From Phoronis australis (lineage: Eukaryota; Animalia; Phoronida), in assembly GCA_002633005.1 (NCBI GenBank), contig NMRA01000130.1, forward strand, positions 62,001 to 126,000: a stretch of DNA of 64,000 nt, written 5' to 3'. How positions within the stretch are numbered: position 1 is the stretch's first letter; each line of letters begins with the position of its first letter. The position numbers were made by a program, and so were the translations under genes. The notes under the pieces were generated by a model. That model was not told where the DNA came from. It saw only the letters and a list, made by a program, of their open reading frames with translations, and did no database searches. Positions 37,047-49,085 of this stretch are shown in pieces.

Positions 37047-39322
37047 CTAGAACAACAAAAACCATAAAATTTGACTTCATAAGTGTACACAATTCAAAGG
37101 TGCGATGCCCACCTGTTATGAACAAGAACCACCCAACCACAGCAGAACAATGTTTACAAGGATTTACATTACAAGGCGAGGAAATTTCTGATAGTAAACC
37201 CTAAGGCATATGAACAAAAATGTTTTTATCCAAATTCCTGATTCGAATATTGTGTACTTTGATGCAAGTAAATGAAATAACCTAAGTTCAAGCTAACAGT
37301 ACAAATCGTAAATTTGAACTCGGTTGAAATCACATCACGGAGTAAATCATACCAACAAAACTAGCTTGATATCGTATCACTTCATTGATAACTGTATGTA
37401 ACTACATTGATATACCATAAAGTTGATAACTTCACTTCCTTAGAATGATATCATATCACAATGTTGAAAACAACACATCACCAGGCTGACATCATGAAAC
37501 TTGATGAACACACATCACTAGGTTGATATTACGCTCATAACTACATTTTTCCTATGTTGATAACACAATATAATGATCAGGTACAGTTTATCGGATGAAA
37601 TTCAGGGGGCAAATTCACACACAAAATATACCGAGTCGATGTAACAGTCACCTTTCAATTGCTGAGAAGACTGGCGCTGGTATGTCATTTGAAGGAGCAT
37701 GCCACCCAAAAACAACCTAATTTGTATTAATTTAGATCGAGTAGTTCTACTCCATAAGGGGACGTACGGTTGCGTTACCTGACACCTGACGGCAGACGGA
37801 GGTGTTGAAATTATCCAATGACGTCATTGGTTTCACACACAGTCTGTTCAGCAGTTCACAACATGGGTTACTGGTGTCAGCTTATTGCTTGAATTCATCG
37901 TTTAACACCAATAAATCATCAAACTTCGATGTGAAACCCTATAAAAACGTGTTGTTTTATTTCGCTGTTACGGATTTATTGGTGTTTGGACACAAGGTAG
38001 CCTACAAAGTCCGGCAGGCCAATATGGTCCATAGCAGGAGTTTGGGGTCTGTTCGGAGATAAATTCGAAGTATTTTTCCGACAGATAGGAGAACCTAGAT
38101 CTGGCTTGTTTAGACTTGTGATTTTTTGAGTTCTAAACACACAACATGCTGGTTATCCAGGACAGTGGCTCGGAAGCCGATCAGACATCACGAACATGAA
38201 TCCGCCAAAGTTGGAAACTAAACTTCCAGTCAAGAAAATACTATACTAGTGAGCCAAAGAAGTAAAGATCATGTGATTATGTTGGTGAATTAGCCACAAA
38301 ACTGCATATCTACTCGTCGGAGGCCGCGAATTCAGGTTCCCCTTTGGCCATTCTGTCACGACACTAATTAAGTTGTATATTGACAATCATTATTTGAACA
38401 ATGTAAATGTACATAAAGATTCCCCTAACACCTGGCCGTGGGATAGAAATCGAGCTGTTTAACAGTTTCTGCCAGCAAACACTGAATTGTCAAGAGCTCA
38501 CACGACCTCGGTGTCCCGTTAATTAGTTTTATTGCACCTAAAGCCGGCCGGTAACGCAGTGATTTATTCATTGCTGGCTTCTCAAATCATTTGCACTCAC
38601 GAACACTCCAAAGGCATTAGAAATTTTGTTTCAGTTTTATAGAAGTATTGGTAAGGGTGAGAATAATTCATTTTGAAACGGAATGCTCAGTAATAAACGT
38701 CAACATGGCAACCCGCAATCCCGACTTAGACGAGGGCTCATCCCGACGAAGACTTTGCAGGTGGATCGCTAAGTTTCACAGGCTGTCAGTTCGAACAGGA
38801 ATACAGTAATGAAGAAATACTAGAGAGGCGCCGTGAACAAGCTCAGACAACGGAACGTATGGATAGTTATTTGGTAAGCCGGCATTTGTCAGGCACTGTC
38901 CCGCGACGACTGCAGGCCACACACAAGGAGATGTTTCACGGCCTCATACTTGCTATTTGCAGCGTACTTTTCATTCTTCACTACTGCGAGCCACTTCCTA
39001 AGCATTTCGAAGAAGTCGAAAAAACGATATATCCGCTTTCCTCGCAGCTGCATAGTTCGGACAAGCGGGAACGACGCACCACAACATAGCGGCATTAACT
39101 CTGCAAATGAACCACTGACGTCGCTGCGTTGTTTCTCACCTTCCTCACACGTTAACGCTGCACCTCTCGGCGAGGTAAGGACGACCTCATGCGCGGCGAT
39201 GTGGACATAGACCGACTAAGACGGCAGAAAAGACTAATTAAATCGGGTTGCATTCTCCTTTAAAGCCATATGTAACACCAGCAAAACAGCTTAGTACTTA
39301 AAGAATTAACCACAAATACCTT

Positions 39323-39569
39323 AGGGCTTGGAATGACCAGTGACAAAAAAGAGGAAAAATTTCAAGGTGATGTATCACTCCACAAATAAATAGGCTTGTG
39401 TGATAGAAAAATTGTTCGTGTTGCAAAATTTTACTGAAATAAATGTTTTTGTATGAATAAAGTCAAAATGATAGAAAAAAGACGGAAAAGGGCGAAACTG
39501 GAAATCAAAAAGAGGAAATCAAAACCCAAAAAGAGGAAATTCTCTTAAAAGAGGGAAATTCCAAGCCCT
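39323..39569. mobile_element. hAT-like MITE, same family as 10768-12316
   Basis: TIRs AGGGCTTGGAAT / ATTCCAAGCCCT; flanks AATACCTT / GATACCTT (7 of 8 match). The left ~35 bp is nearly identical to the larger element. Confidence 0.8.
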
Positions 39570-40020
39570 GATACCTTCATAGACAAGAACTGATCAACGA
39601 ATTGCATGACAATTGGCCGACAGGAGGGCTACTAAAGGGAGCGACGTAAAGAAACTGGCAAAAAATTGTGATGTTGTTCTGGACTGCTTGGGTATTGATA
39701 TTTCTTTCTAAAATCGCCTCCAGTAAACATGTCGTGCGTGATGAAAATCCAAAAATCACGGAAATTTCTCATCAAGCAGTTTTTGTCGAATCACCTTTAT
39801 TGAAAAAAAGAACATAATCCATAAGTATTAAATCAAAACATAAATAATACAATGGAGTTGGCGACACTGAAAGCCAGGTAGCAATTCTTGACAGTAAATT
39901 GGAGGGTTTTCAAAAAGCACAAAAAAATTTGTGGACAATTCAGCCCTATAAGTACACTGTTTAGCCAAAAGTATTTAAGGAAAACAAAGAGTATAAGATA
40001 GCTGAAAATCGTCGCAGAAT

Positions 40021-40203
40021 AACACGAGAGCAACGCAGACCAATGAAATGCGTTCATGACGGCAACGCAAACAGTGTACTTCTAGGGAGATCATTAGTAT
40101 CATAAAAATGGCCAGTACACTGTGCAGAATACGTCAAAAGTGGACACTCAGACATAGATGATGACAATATGCACCCAAACAAAAATATGTGGGCGCACTA
40201 AAA
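40021..40203 (+). mobile_element. Short Helentron/HINE-like element copy
   Basis: Shares the 5' region (GAGCAAC..TGAAATGCG..TATCATAAAAATGGCCA) and 3' end (CAATATG..ATATGTGGGCGCA.TAAA) with 44943-45834. Confidence 0.6.
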
Positions 40204-40276
40204 TGTATTTGGTGAAAAAAAATCTAGGCTTTAAAAACATATTCCATACGTTAAACGGACGCCTTAAATTACTCAC

Positions 40277-40418
40277 GTGGACATTTCTCAACACAGAGCG
40301 ATGCATACGAGTATTTTCCATTAGGATCCTCTTCGTCACGAAGAGTCTTCGGGTTGTACGCCATTCTCTGAGGACAGTACTCCACACAGGTTCCGTCATT
40401 GTTAAAGTTTCTACAAGC
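40277..40418 (-). CDS. EGFR: EGFR domain II dimerization-arm exon
   Basis: ACRNFNNDGTCVEYCPQRMAYNPKTLRDEEDPNGKYSYASLCVEKCP. Confidence 0.96.
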
Positions 40419-41329
40419 CTGCAAGAAAGCAAAAGGAGAGTCTAGTGTTAAACAATCTAACTGACTTATGTCGCCTTACAGAGTTATATCTAATGAAAGA
40501 GACACTGGCGTTGTTACAGCAAAAACGTTACCAAAGAAATATAAGTTCTCTTTAAGGAGTGATTAGGTTTTAGTTCATAAATGATAATGTGATATTTGCC
40601 TATCAACATCGCAACTTTTCTGTTTTGCGAAGTTTCAGTTGGTAAAGCGTAACTCCCGCACATCAAATGGCTGCCACAACTGGAAATTCTGGTATGAAAC
40701 TGAGGAGTCGTGCGACTTCCCTGCAACTGGATTGGTCAACTCCTTTCCCATGGGGGTAATAAGAGGTCGCGACATGCAACATATGTATCCAATCGAGAGG
40801 GTGAATCAACTACGCCATCTGGTGTTATATCCTTGGAACTAGCATTAACTTATGTCACGGCCCGGAAAGGATTTAGGTAAGGGAAGCTGTGCAGAAGTTT
40901 CAGAAGATTAATTTCTTTAACTTTTGTCCTCACTTTCAACTGATTTTGCAGTGGTTCTTCTTATGTATTCTAATTGTGTTGGAGTGGCCCATGATAATCA
41001 AGTTAGTCTAGATCAAAACTGGTCGTTTGACTAAATATTTTAAAAATATTTTTCATTACAGTAGATCCTGTGTGGCCAATTCCCAATGCTAAGCTGGATG
41101 TACTTCCCTGGTTGTGATTGCAGAAGCTACACTCCACAGACCCTGGAGTTTTGTGACGGGTATCTTTTGTTTGGGGATTAGGCATCAGTAATGGCCACAC
41201 AATTAGAAGGTCTGACTTGCAGGCCTAACTGAACAATAGGGGGCGCTTATCTGAATGATCTTGATACCCTCCAAGAATGTTGGGAAATTTCGACTAGGGG
41301 AAGGTCTAATGTAACCAATAGGGGCTTAC

Positions 41330-41448
41330 GAAACAGTCCTGGGCACGCCCACCAATGCATCCTCCTGCGCATTCCTTGTGACAACACTTGTCAGCAGTGG
41401 TGCCATAGCAACGGTGATCACATGTCTCCGAGCACTCAGTCTTTGTCA
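41330..41448 (-). CDS. EGFR: EGFR domain II exon
   Basis: LTKTECSETCDHRCYGTTADKCCHKECAGGCIGGRAQDCF. Confidence 0.96.
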
Positions 41449-42334
41449 CTGAAATAGCCAAGGTTACACGACACATGAACACTCCCAGTACGTAAATATT
41501 CCATAATTATCAATATTTTCTAGAGCATACAGCATAAAACCTCCTCCTTCCAACGAGTGCCTTCAAAAATATTGATATTCCTCTCTTAGACCATGCTTTC
41601 CAACCACATTTTTTAATAATTTCTAAAGCGCATGCTTCTCCCACCACCTCAGCTGTACTGTATCAGAGATTTTCGAATGGGCCTACACCAAGAAAGAGAA
41701 CAGGCAAGGGCTCTTTTGGAAACAAAGTTTGAAAAAGCCCCCATGACGTGTCTTTAGTTATCGATAGGCATATGTGGGTTAGTTGAACACTTGTTACTCA
41801 AAACGCCACCAGGCCTCTCCTTTGCCAGATCAGATGAAATGTCAAAAAGTGGTCCACAGCGGGTGTTCAATTTCACGACCACAGAGGGCACTGGGGTTGG
41901 CAGTATACGCTTCTAAAAGAACGATACAACTGCGTTTTTTCGAAAGATTTTCATGTGGGTTTTTTGTCACAAAATCACGATGTAAAAACACGTTTCTAAG
42001 AGTTACCAGGGAGCACTTTTGAAAATTTTTATACCTATACACCATCTGCAAATGTTATTAGCTATAATAATTCTCAAACTAAACTCCATATAATCAATGT
42101 CTAACATTATCAGCTACTTTAGGCAAGCACCGATTTGAATGAGCGGACGGCGTAATAACTTAGTCTGAACAACCCTGACAAGAAAGACTGAAATGTCAAA
42201 GGATTTGGATTCTTGAAGAACCTATCACTTCAGCAAGAGTGTTTACTGCTTCTAGTAAATCATTGAAGACATTCCAAATGTACAAAAGTCCTTACACGCC
42301 CTTTACTGACTGCTTTTACGTTTCGTCTACTTAC

Positions 42335-42400
42335 GTTCCTGGCACATTTTTGGGCCCGCACCCCAGCAGCGTTCTTTGCACGACGGGTGACACGGGGGAC
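42335..42400 (-). CDS. EGFR: EGFR domain II start exon
   Basis: CPPCHPSCKERCWGAGPKMCQE. Confidence 0.95.
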
Positions 42401-44538
42401 CTGAAAACAGCAGGAAGTCACAAAAGCACGCTTTAAATTAAGCGGCAATAATCACAATGCTGTTGTCAAATAATATAAGAAAACTGAAATCCAGTGACTG
42501 GTTTCGATACGCGGGTGTTCGACGCCAGAAATTGTACAGGGTAACCCACAAACACATAACTCATCTTTTTGCTTCTTAAAAATTTACTTTTGTGAAATTG
42601 TTTCCAAAGAGTAGAAATCAAATCTACTATACATGGAGGGCATTACTAGCAAATTACAAAAAATAATGTTTGTCTGTTACCATTTCATTGCCTATTTAAT
42701 ATTTGCTCCAACTTTGTCAACCTTATTGATGCAAGCATACTTGCAGCTGACCAAACATTTTCGTGGTCACGTAAACTCAAAGAACGTCTTTTTGGGGGAC
42801 AGCACCCCGTAATTATGTGCTATAGTCTTGAGTCAAGGAATCCAATTTAATCTCCCTTTAAAGTCCAAAATTATGCAAGTACCATTTAAAATGCTCTCCA
42901 AGAACATATACCATTCTTAAAATTAATGCATGTTTCATATTCAATGCCAAACGAGGCTTGGACAGCACAATATGTACTCCCATCTGGCTAGCCCAGCTGC
43001 TTGAGTTGAATTAGTGTACCCAACTGGTAAAAGCTCGAGAAATTTTTGGTGCGTGCATGTATCTATGATCCCCAGTAAGGTACTTCATAATAAAGACTGC
43101 GATAAAATCGTGCCCGCAGTCACTAATTTAAATAAAAGAACGAGTGCGCGAGACTGGCCCTGATATCACAAAGTCGCCACGTTGTGAACTAGCCTCCACT
43201 GAAATCACTGTAGACAAGTCTCTACATTGATACTGGCAACCAATATGTAATCAATAATGAATGTCTCATTAAAAAATCGCACCTGGGGTGAACACAATGT
43301 CGCTACCTTCTGCCATTCTACAGCTAAATTTGTGGAGCGATATTAAAATCCCCTGTAACCGCATGTAATGGTTGCTGTGTACTTAAGTTGGTGATCGGCT
43401 TCTTTGGGGGCAAAGCTGGAGAGTGGCGCAAGTAAATGACGATTATTTGTCCACATTTCTTTTAATTGTCCACGTTTCTTTTAACTGTCCATAACGCAAG
43501 ACAAAGTCAGCGTCATTCAAATACAAGATTTAGAAAAACTTTTAGACCGTGCGTTTTACAGTGGTACATTGATCAGCTCTGTGCAGAGCTGAATGTAAAT
43601 TAGAATTTTGGTGGACTGGATAACCATCACTTGAAAGAGCAATTCCTAGTAAACAGCTCCTGGATACAAATATACAGCTCAGCTTAGCTATTTGGATACG
43701 TGCCTGCACCCACTAGATTTATTGTTCTACAACAAAAACGAGAAAGATCACTGTCGCTGTAGTGACAAAAAATTACTTTATAGTGAATTTAGAGACACTA
43801 TGTCTCCGTTTACTGTTAGAAACTTTCTTATCATTACAGAAAGAAAACCACCAAAACCGCGGCCACAGCTAATATTTAACAATGCAAAAATCACCATAAG
43901 CACGGCCATAGCTAATGTTTAACAATACACACTGGAAAATTGCTTTTGACCAGCTAATTTGGTGCAGAGATCGCAATTTGAAAAATTCTACTGCTGTTCA
44001 AGCCTCGTTTCAAAGTGAAATTAATACTCATGAGTTCTAATGGCCGATTACTTGACCGTAAGTTAAATCATTAAGAATGCACAGGTCAACTTTTTGCAAA
44101 AACATAAAAAGAGCATCTTAAGGAACTATTCACGGTTACTGCACTTTCACGAGAGTGCACATTCTTGTAAATATGACAGAATGACCAATAGTTTTACCGT
44201 TAACATAATTAAAGATTCCTTGATGGTAACACACAGGTCACACACGGGTCCTAGATTTTGAGAAATAGATTTCTATAATCAGTGATAGGCATCAAACTGG
44301 TTCTCAAAATACGAGACCCTTGTAAGTGACCACACAGTAAGTGCGCTTGACAGGCAAGTGAAAATACGGCTTAGACAACTCGACTTGCCGCCTAAGTTGT
44401 TTTCACCTCTAGAAATAACTGAATTTTGGACACTGTTTGCGAGTGGGGGGATGGAGAGAGTTAAGTGTACACTTTGTATGAAAATGTTGACAAAAGCAAA
44501 CGGTTCCCAAGATATTGCATACATTCTCAGTCACTTAC

Positions 44539-44661
44539 ACTGTGTTGAAGCCTCGCCGAAGAATATATGAGACTCCTCATTCTTAATATCTTCCCACAGA
44601 ACTGTGTTTTCATAGCATAATACCTTGTTCTCATCGAACCAGATGTCCCCCTCGAGAATGT
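44539..44661 (-). CDS. EGFR: EGFR L1 end exon
   Basis: DILEGDIWFDENKVLCYENTVLWEDI...STQ. Confidence 0.95.
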
Positions 44662-44942
44662 CTGAAATGGCAATGACTCCAATGTAAGTGAACTTGCCTG
44701 GACATATGATTATGCAAACTTTATTTGCCTTGCATTTACATATAATGATGGTTAAGGTTTTGCTGGAACTTATTGAAAAGTCCCTGAATTCAGCCAAACA
44801 TCTACGAAACTACGGATTTTAAATCTGTAAAAGTCTATGTTGTCCGAAGGTAGAAAGCCTGCAAAATTTGACTTTTGACTTTTTACTAATTCCCTTTAAA
44901 TTGGGTCACGTGACCATGTCTTTTTAATAGTAAAATTTAATG

Positions 44943-45834
44943 AACAAGAGCAACACGGAGCTTTGAAATGCGCCCATGAATGCATCGCAAACGGTGTGTT
45001 TCTAGATTTGTTCATTTATATCATAAAAATGGCCACTAAATGGCGCAAAACGTCCAATCCATCTGAAAATGGGAGGATAGCATCAACTCATCTTACCAAT
45101 ACATGATTACATTCCAAATTCTATGAAAATACGTTGAGGACCTTTGAAGATACAGGGGTAAACGTAAAAACTAAAATTGCCACTAGGAAGCGCAGCGGTA
45201 GTTTGATCTGTGCCAATTTCATCATCATCCATTTTCAACATTATATAAACACACTTGCTGAATTTAGTAAAGATCCTGCAAACGGTTGAGGAGATACATC
45301 CATGGGCGTAAAAAAAAAAACTGCCCCAAGAAGGTGTCACAGTAGTCGAAGTCATCAGAAACTCATCGTCAGTCATCCTCTTCATAGTAAGAACATACAT
45401 GCCAATTTTCACAATCATCCTTAAAGTGATTTGGTTGTTAGAGAGGTGGACGCCAAAACACAGACTTGAAAACAGAAAAAAATGACCACTAGGTAGTGCA
45501 AACCGTCGAATTCATCGGAAAAGGAGAGGATGTCATCAACTCACTAATAGATGCCTACATTCCAAATTTTATGAAAATAGGTTAAGGACTTCCAAAGATA
45601 CAGAGGTAAGCGTAAAAAATTAAATTGTCACTAGGGGGCACATCGGTAGTCGGAGAGGTCCGAAATTCATCTTCATTTGTCGTCACCTTCATGGGAACAC
45701 ATCTGCCAAATCTCATCAGGATCCTGTAAGGGGCTTAGGAAATACAGCTGCGGACACTGGACGTCAGACGCCGGACGCCCAGACAGAGATGATGGCAATA
45801 TGTGACCACATATAAATATGTGGGCGCATATAAA
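44943..45834 (+). mobile_element. Helentron/HINE (DINE-1-like) non-autonomous element
   Basis: AACAAGAG start, internal ~150 bp-scale repeats with CCAAATTTYATGAAAAT, a GACG/GACA microsatellite, and a 3' hairpin followed by TAAAA. Confidence 0.65.
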
Positions 45835-46751
45835 AGAAGCTACAATGATAGCAAGACAAAAGTATCAATGACACGACCAAATTTCGTTTGCTATAAATGC
45901 TCGTGATGAAATCTCAGTTGCCAGTTTCAAAGGTATGATTTTGTTTTCGTTTTATGCAACGTTTGTCGCGAAAGTCATATTTTTGATAGACCCCCAGACA
46001 AAAGTGAAACCTTTTAAAACCAGCCCTAACAACACTTTGGAGAACATGACATAAAACATAGTATCTGAAAGTTTTATTCAAGTACGATCTGCCATTTTTT
46101 AAGATATAAATATGTTCTGAAGTTAGCCAAATTTGGACAATTTCTTCGGGTTCTTCAAAACCTTAGCGGCAGAGCTGTAACAAGTACAAGACTTGGTGTT
46201 AGAAAATGGATGAAGTGACCCTGAGGTAAGTATCAATGTGAGACAGACGGATGGAATTTAAAAGGAACATAATGAACCTTGCCAGTCAAGAGTGGCTCTT
46301 ATACAGAGATGAGAAATCGTTAGCTCACATAATCCGATATTCAAGGCAAGACAATACATTTTAAAAGAAAATTAAATAGAACACTCAGTTAAAACAAACA
46401 TTTAATGCAAGTTCACACCAACACAAACTCGCACAAACACACACATGCATGCACGTACGCACGTCAAGCCCCTTTGACAATAACACAATACTGCCAACAG
46501 AGGTCACACTTGTCTGTGCAAGACTAACTGCCTCACTTTCAGCAACTTTTTAACAAGTCCTTGTTCGAAGCAGCTATGCGTAAATGCACATTTTGTAACA
46601 CTCAACACATTACAACCTTTTTCATAGAAATAATGAAATCATAAGGATTGGCATGTCTGTTTAAAGAGCCAGCTGACACCTATAATCTGCATAAATTCAG
46701 ACTTCTTCAACCCAACACTGCCGTTTCCTCGCTCATTCAGCTAAAGCCTAC

Positions 46752-47120
46752 CGTGTAAGTTGCGGAGCTGGAGTTCCCGAAGACCAATCTTCTCGTCATT
46801 CTTATCATAATTCATCGCCACATAGAGGCTATACGCGCGTGTTCGATTCTCCTTAACGTCCTGAATTTTTAACGTCTCCATGCCACGAATGATCGAGAGG
46901 TTGTGCAGCGGTATGCTGCGCACTTTGTTGAATGCGATCAAAACGTAACCAGTGACGACTTGAATGGATGACAGGAAGTGCAGCTTGTTGTCGTCACTCT
47001 CTTTCAGATACGTGATCTCCAGGTTTCCATCTATAAATGTGCAGTTGCGATCGTAGAAAAGCTTTAGGTTCTTATAGCTGTCTGGCTGGGATGTGAACCG
47101 CTTCTTAGTTCCGGGACACA
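46752..47120 (-). CDS. EGFR: EGFR L1 (domain I) exon, copy 1
   Basis: VCPGT..NCTFIDGNLEIT..IQVVTGYVLIAFN..IPLHNLSIIRG..GLRELQLRNLH; 369 nt, phase 1-1. Confidence 0.95.
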
Positions 47121-48319
47121 CTATGGAGAGAAATGGAGGCAATGGTTAGGAGAGAAAACATGACATATTTAGACACACCACATACAGCTCACTCCAGAAC
47201 AACTTGCACTAATGCAACTTACACCACCTTTAAGTGGAGCGTCCATGCACACGTATCTGATAACTACCTGGTAAGTGCGTGACAATGCTGATGTGAATAC
47301 AGCGCGCAATGAAACGACCCGTCTGTATGTAAGCACAGTTGGTAATTACTTCTGCCTTGNTGGCAATATGTGACCACATATAAATATGTAGGCGCATATA
47401 AAAGAAGCTACAATGACAGCAAGACAATAGAATTAATGACACGACCAAATTTCGTTTGCTATAAATGCTAGTGATGAAATCTCAGTTACCAGTTTCAAAG
47501 GTATGATTTTGTTTTCGTTTTATGCAACGTTTGTCGCGAAAGTCATATTTTTGATAGACCCCCAGACAAAAGTGAAACCTTTTAAAACCATCCCTAACAA
47601 CACTTTGGAGAACATGACATAAAGTATAGTATCTGAAAGTTTTATTTAAGTACGATCTGCCATTTTTTAAGATATTATGTTCTGAAGTTAGTCAAATTTG
47701 GACAATTTCTTCAGGTTCTTCAAAACCTTAGCGGCAGAGCTGTAACAAGTACAAGACTTGGTGTTAGAAAATGGACGAAGTGACCCTGAGGTAAGTATCA
47801 ATGTGAGACAGACGGATGGAATTTAAAAGGAACATAATGAACCTTGGCAGTCAAGAGTGGCTCTTATACACAGATGAGAAATCGTTAGCTCACATAATCC
47901 GATATTCAAGGCAAGACAATACATTTTAAAAGAAAATTAAATAGAACACTCAGTTAAAACAAACATTTAAGGCAAGTTCACACCAACACAAACTCGCACA
48001 AACACAGGCATGAATGCACGTACGCACGTCAAACCCCTTCACCAATAACACAATACTGCCAACAGAGGTCACACTTGTATGTGCAAGACTCTAACTGCCT
48101 CCCTTTCAGCAACTTTTTAACAAGTCCTCGTTCTAAGCAGCTATGCGTAAATGCACATTTTGTAACACTCAACACATTAAAACCTTTTTCATAGAAATAA
48201 CGAAATCATAAGGATTGGCGTATCTGTTTAAAGAGCCAGCTGACAGCTATAATCTGCATAAATTCAGACTTCTTCAACCCAACACTGCCGTTTCCTTGCT
48301 CCATTCAGCTAAAGCCTAC

Positions 48320-48688
48320 CGTGTAAGTTGCGGAGCTGGAGTTCCCGAAGACCAATCTTCTCGTCATTCTTATCATAATTCATCGCCACGTAGAGACTAT
48401 ATGCGCGTGTTCGATTCTCCTTAACGTCCTGAATTTTTAACGTCTCCATGCCACGAATGATCGAGAGGTTGTGCAGCGGTATGCTGCGTACTTTGTTGAA
48501 TGCGATCAAAACGTAACCAGTGACGACTTGAATGGATGACAGGAAGTGCAGCTTGTTGTCGTCACTCTCTTTCAGATACGTGATCTCCAGGTTTCCATCT
48601 ATAAATGTGCAGTTGCGATCGTAGAAAAGCTTTAGGTTCTTATAGCTGTCTGGCTGGGATGTGAACCGCTTCTTAGTTCCGGGACACA
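48320..48688 (-). CDS. EGFR: EGFR L1 exon, duplicate copy (probably allelic)
   Basis: Identical protein to copy 1; four synonymous differences seen. Confidence 0.6.
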
Positions 48689-48799
48689 CTATGGAGAGAA
48701 ATGGAGGCAATGGTTAGGAGAGAAAACATGACATATTTAGACACACCACATACAGCTCACTCCAGAACAACTTGCACTAATGCAACTTGCACCACCTTT

Positions 48800-49085
48800 A
48801 AGTGGAGCGTCCATGCACACATATCTGATAACTACATGGTAAGTGCGTGACAATCCTGATGTGAATATAGCGCGTAATGAGACGACCCGTCTGTATGTAA
48901 GCACAGTTGGTAATTACTTCTGCCTTGTCCCAACTTTGCAGCCACANCTCGATAAGGTGAAGTAAGTTGTCACAAGTGGGTCAAGTTGCACCAGTTTCAT
49001 CGTGTTCACACAGCCTCCAAACCTAGCAACAACATGTTCCAAGGGTAACTTGTTCTAGGGCAAGTCTGCGTGTGGACTGCACTTA
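48800..49085. mobile_element. Harbinger-like MITE
   Basis: TTAAGTGGAGCGTCCATGCAC versus inverted GCGTGTGGACTGCACTTAA. Contains the N at 48947. Confidence 0.45.

Larger units (their letters stand above)
18720..47120 (-). other. EGFR: EGFR/ErbB receptor tyrosine kinase gene span (22 coding exons seen; first exon not located)
   Basis: Exons sum to 4148 nt (2 + 1382 codons) in one frame: L1, CR1, L2, extended CR2, TM, kinase ([35 protein letters not shown]) and Tyr-rich tail. Confidence 0.97.
45793..48927. repeat. 1.57 kb tandem duplication across a single-N gap (likely uncollapsed haplotypes)
   Basis: 45793-47359 and 47361-48927 are highly similar. N at 47360 is exactly at the junction, with a second N at 48947. 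Confidence 0.9.
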
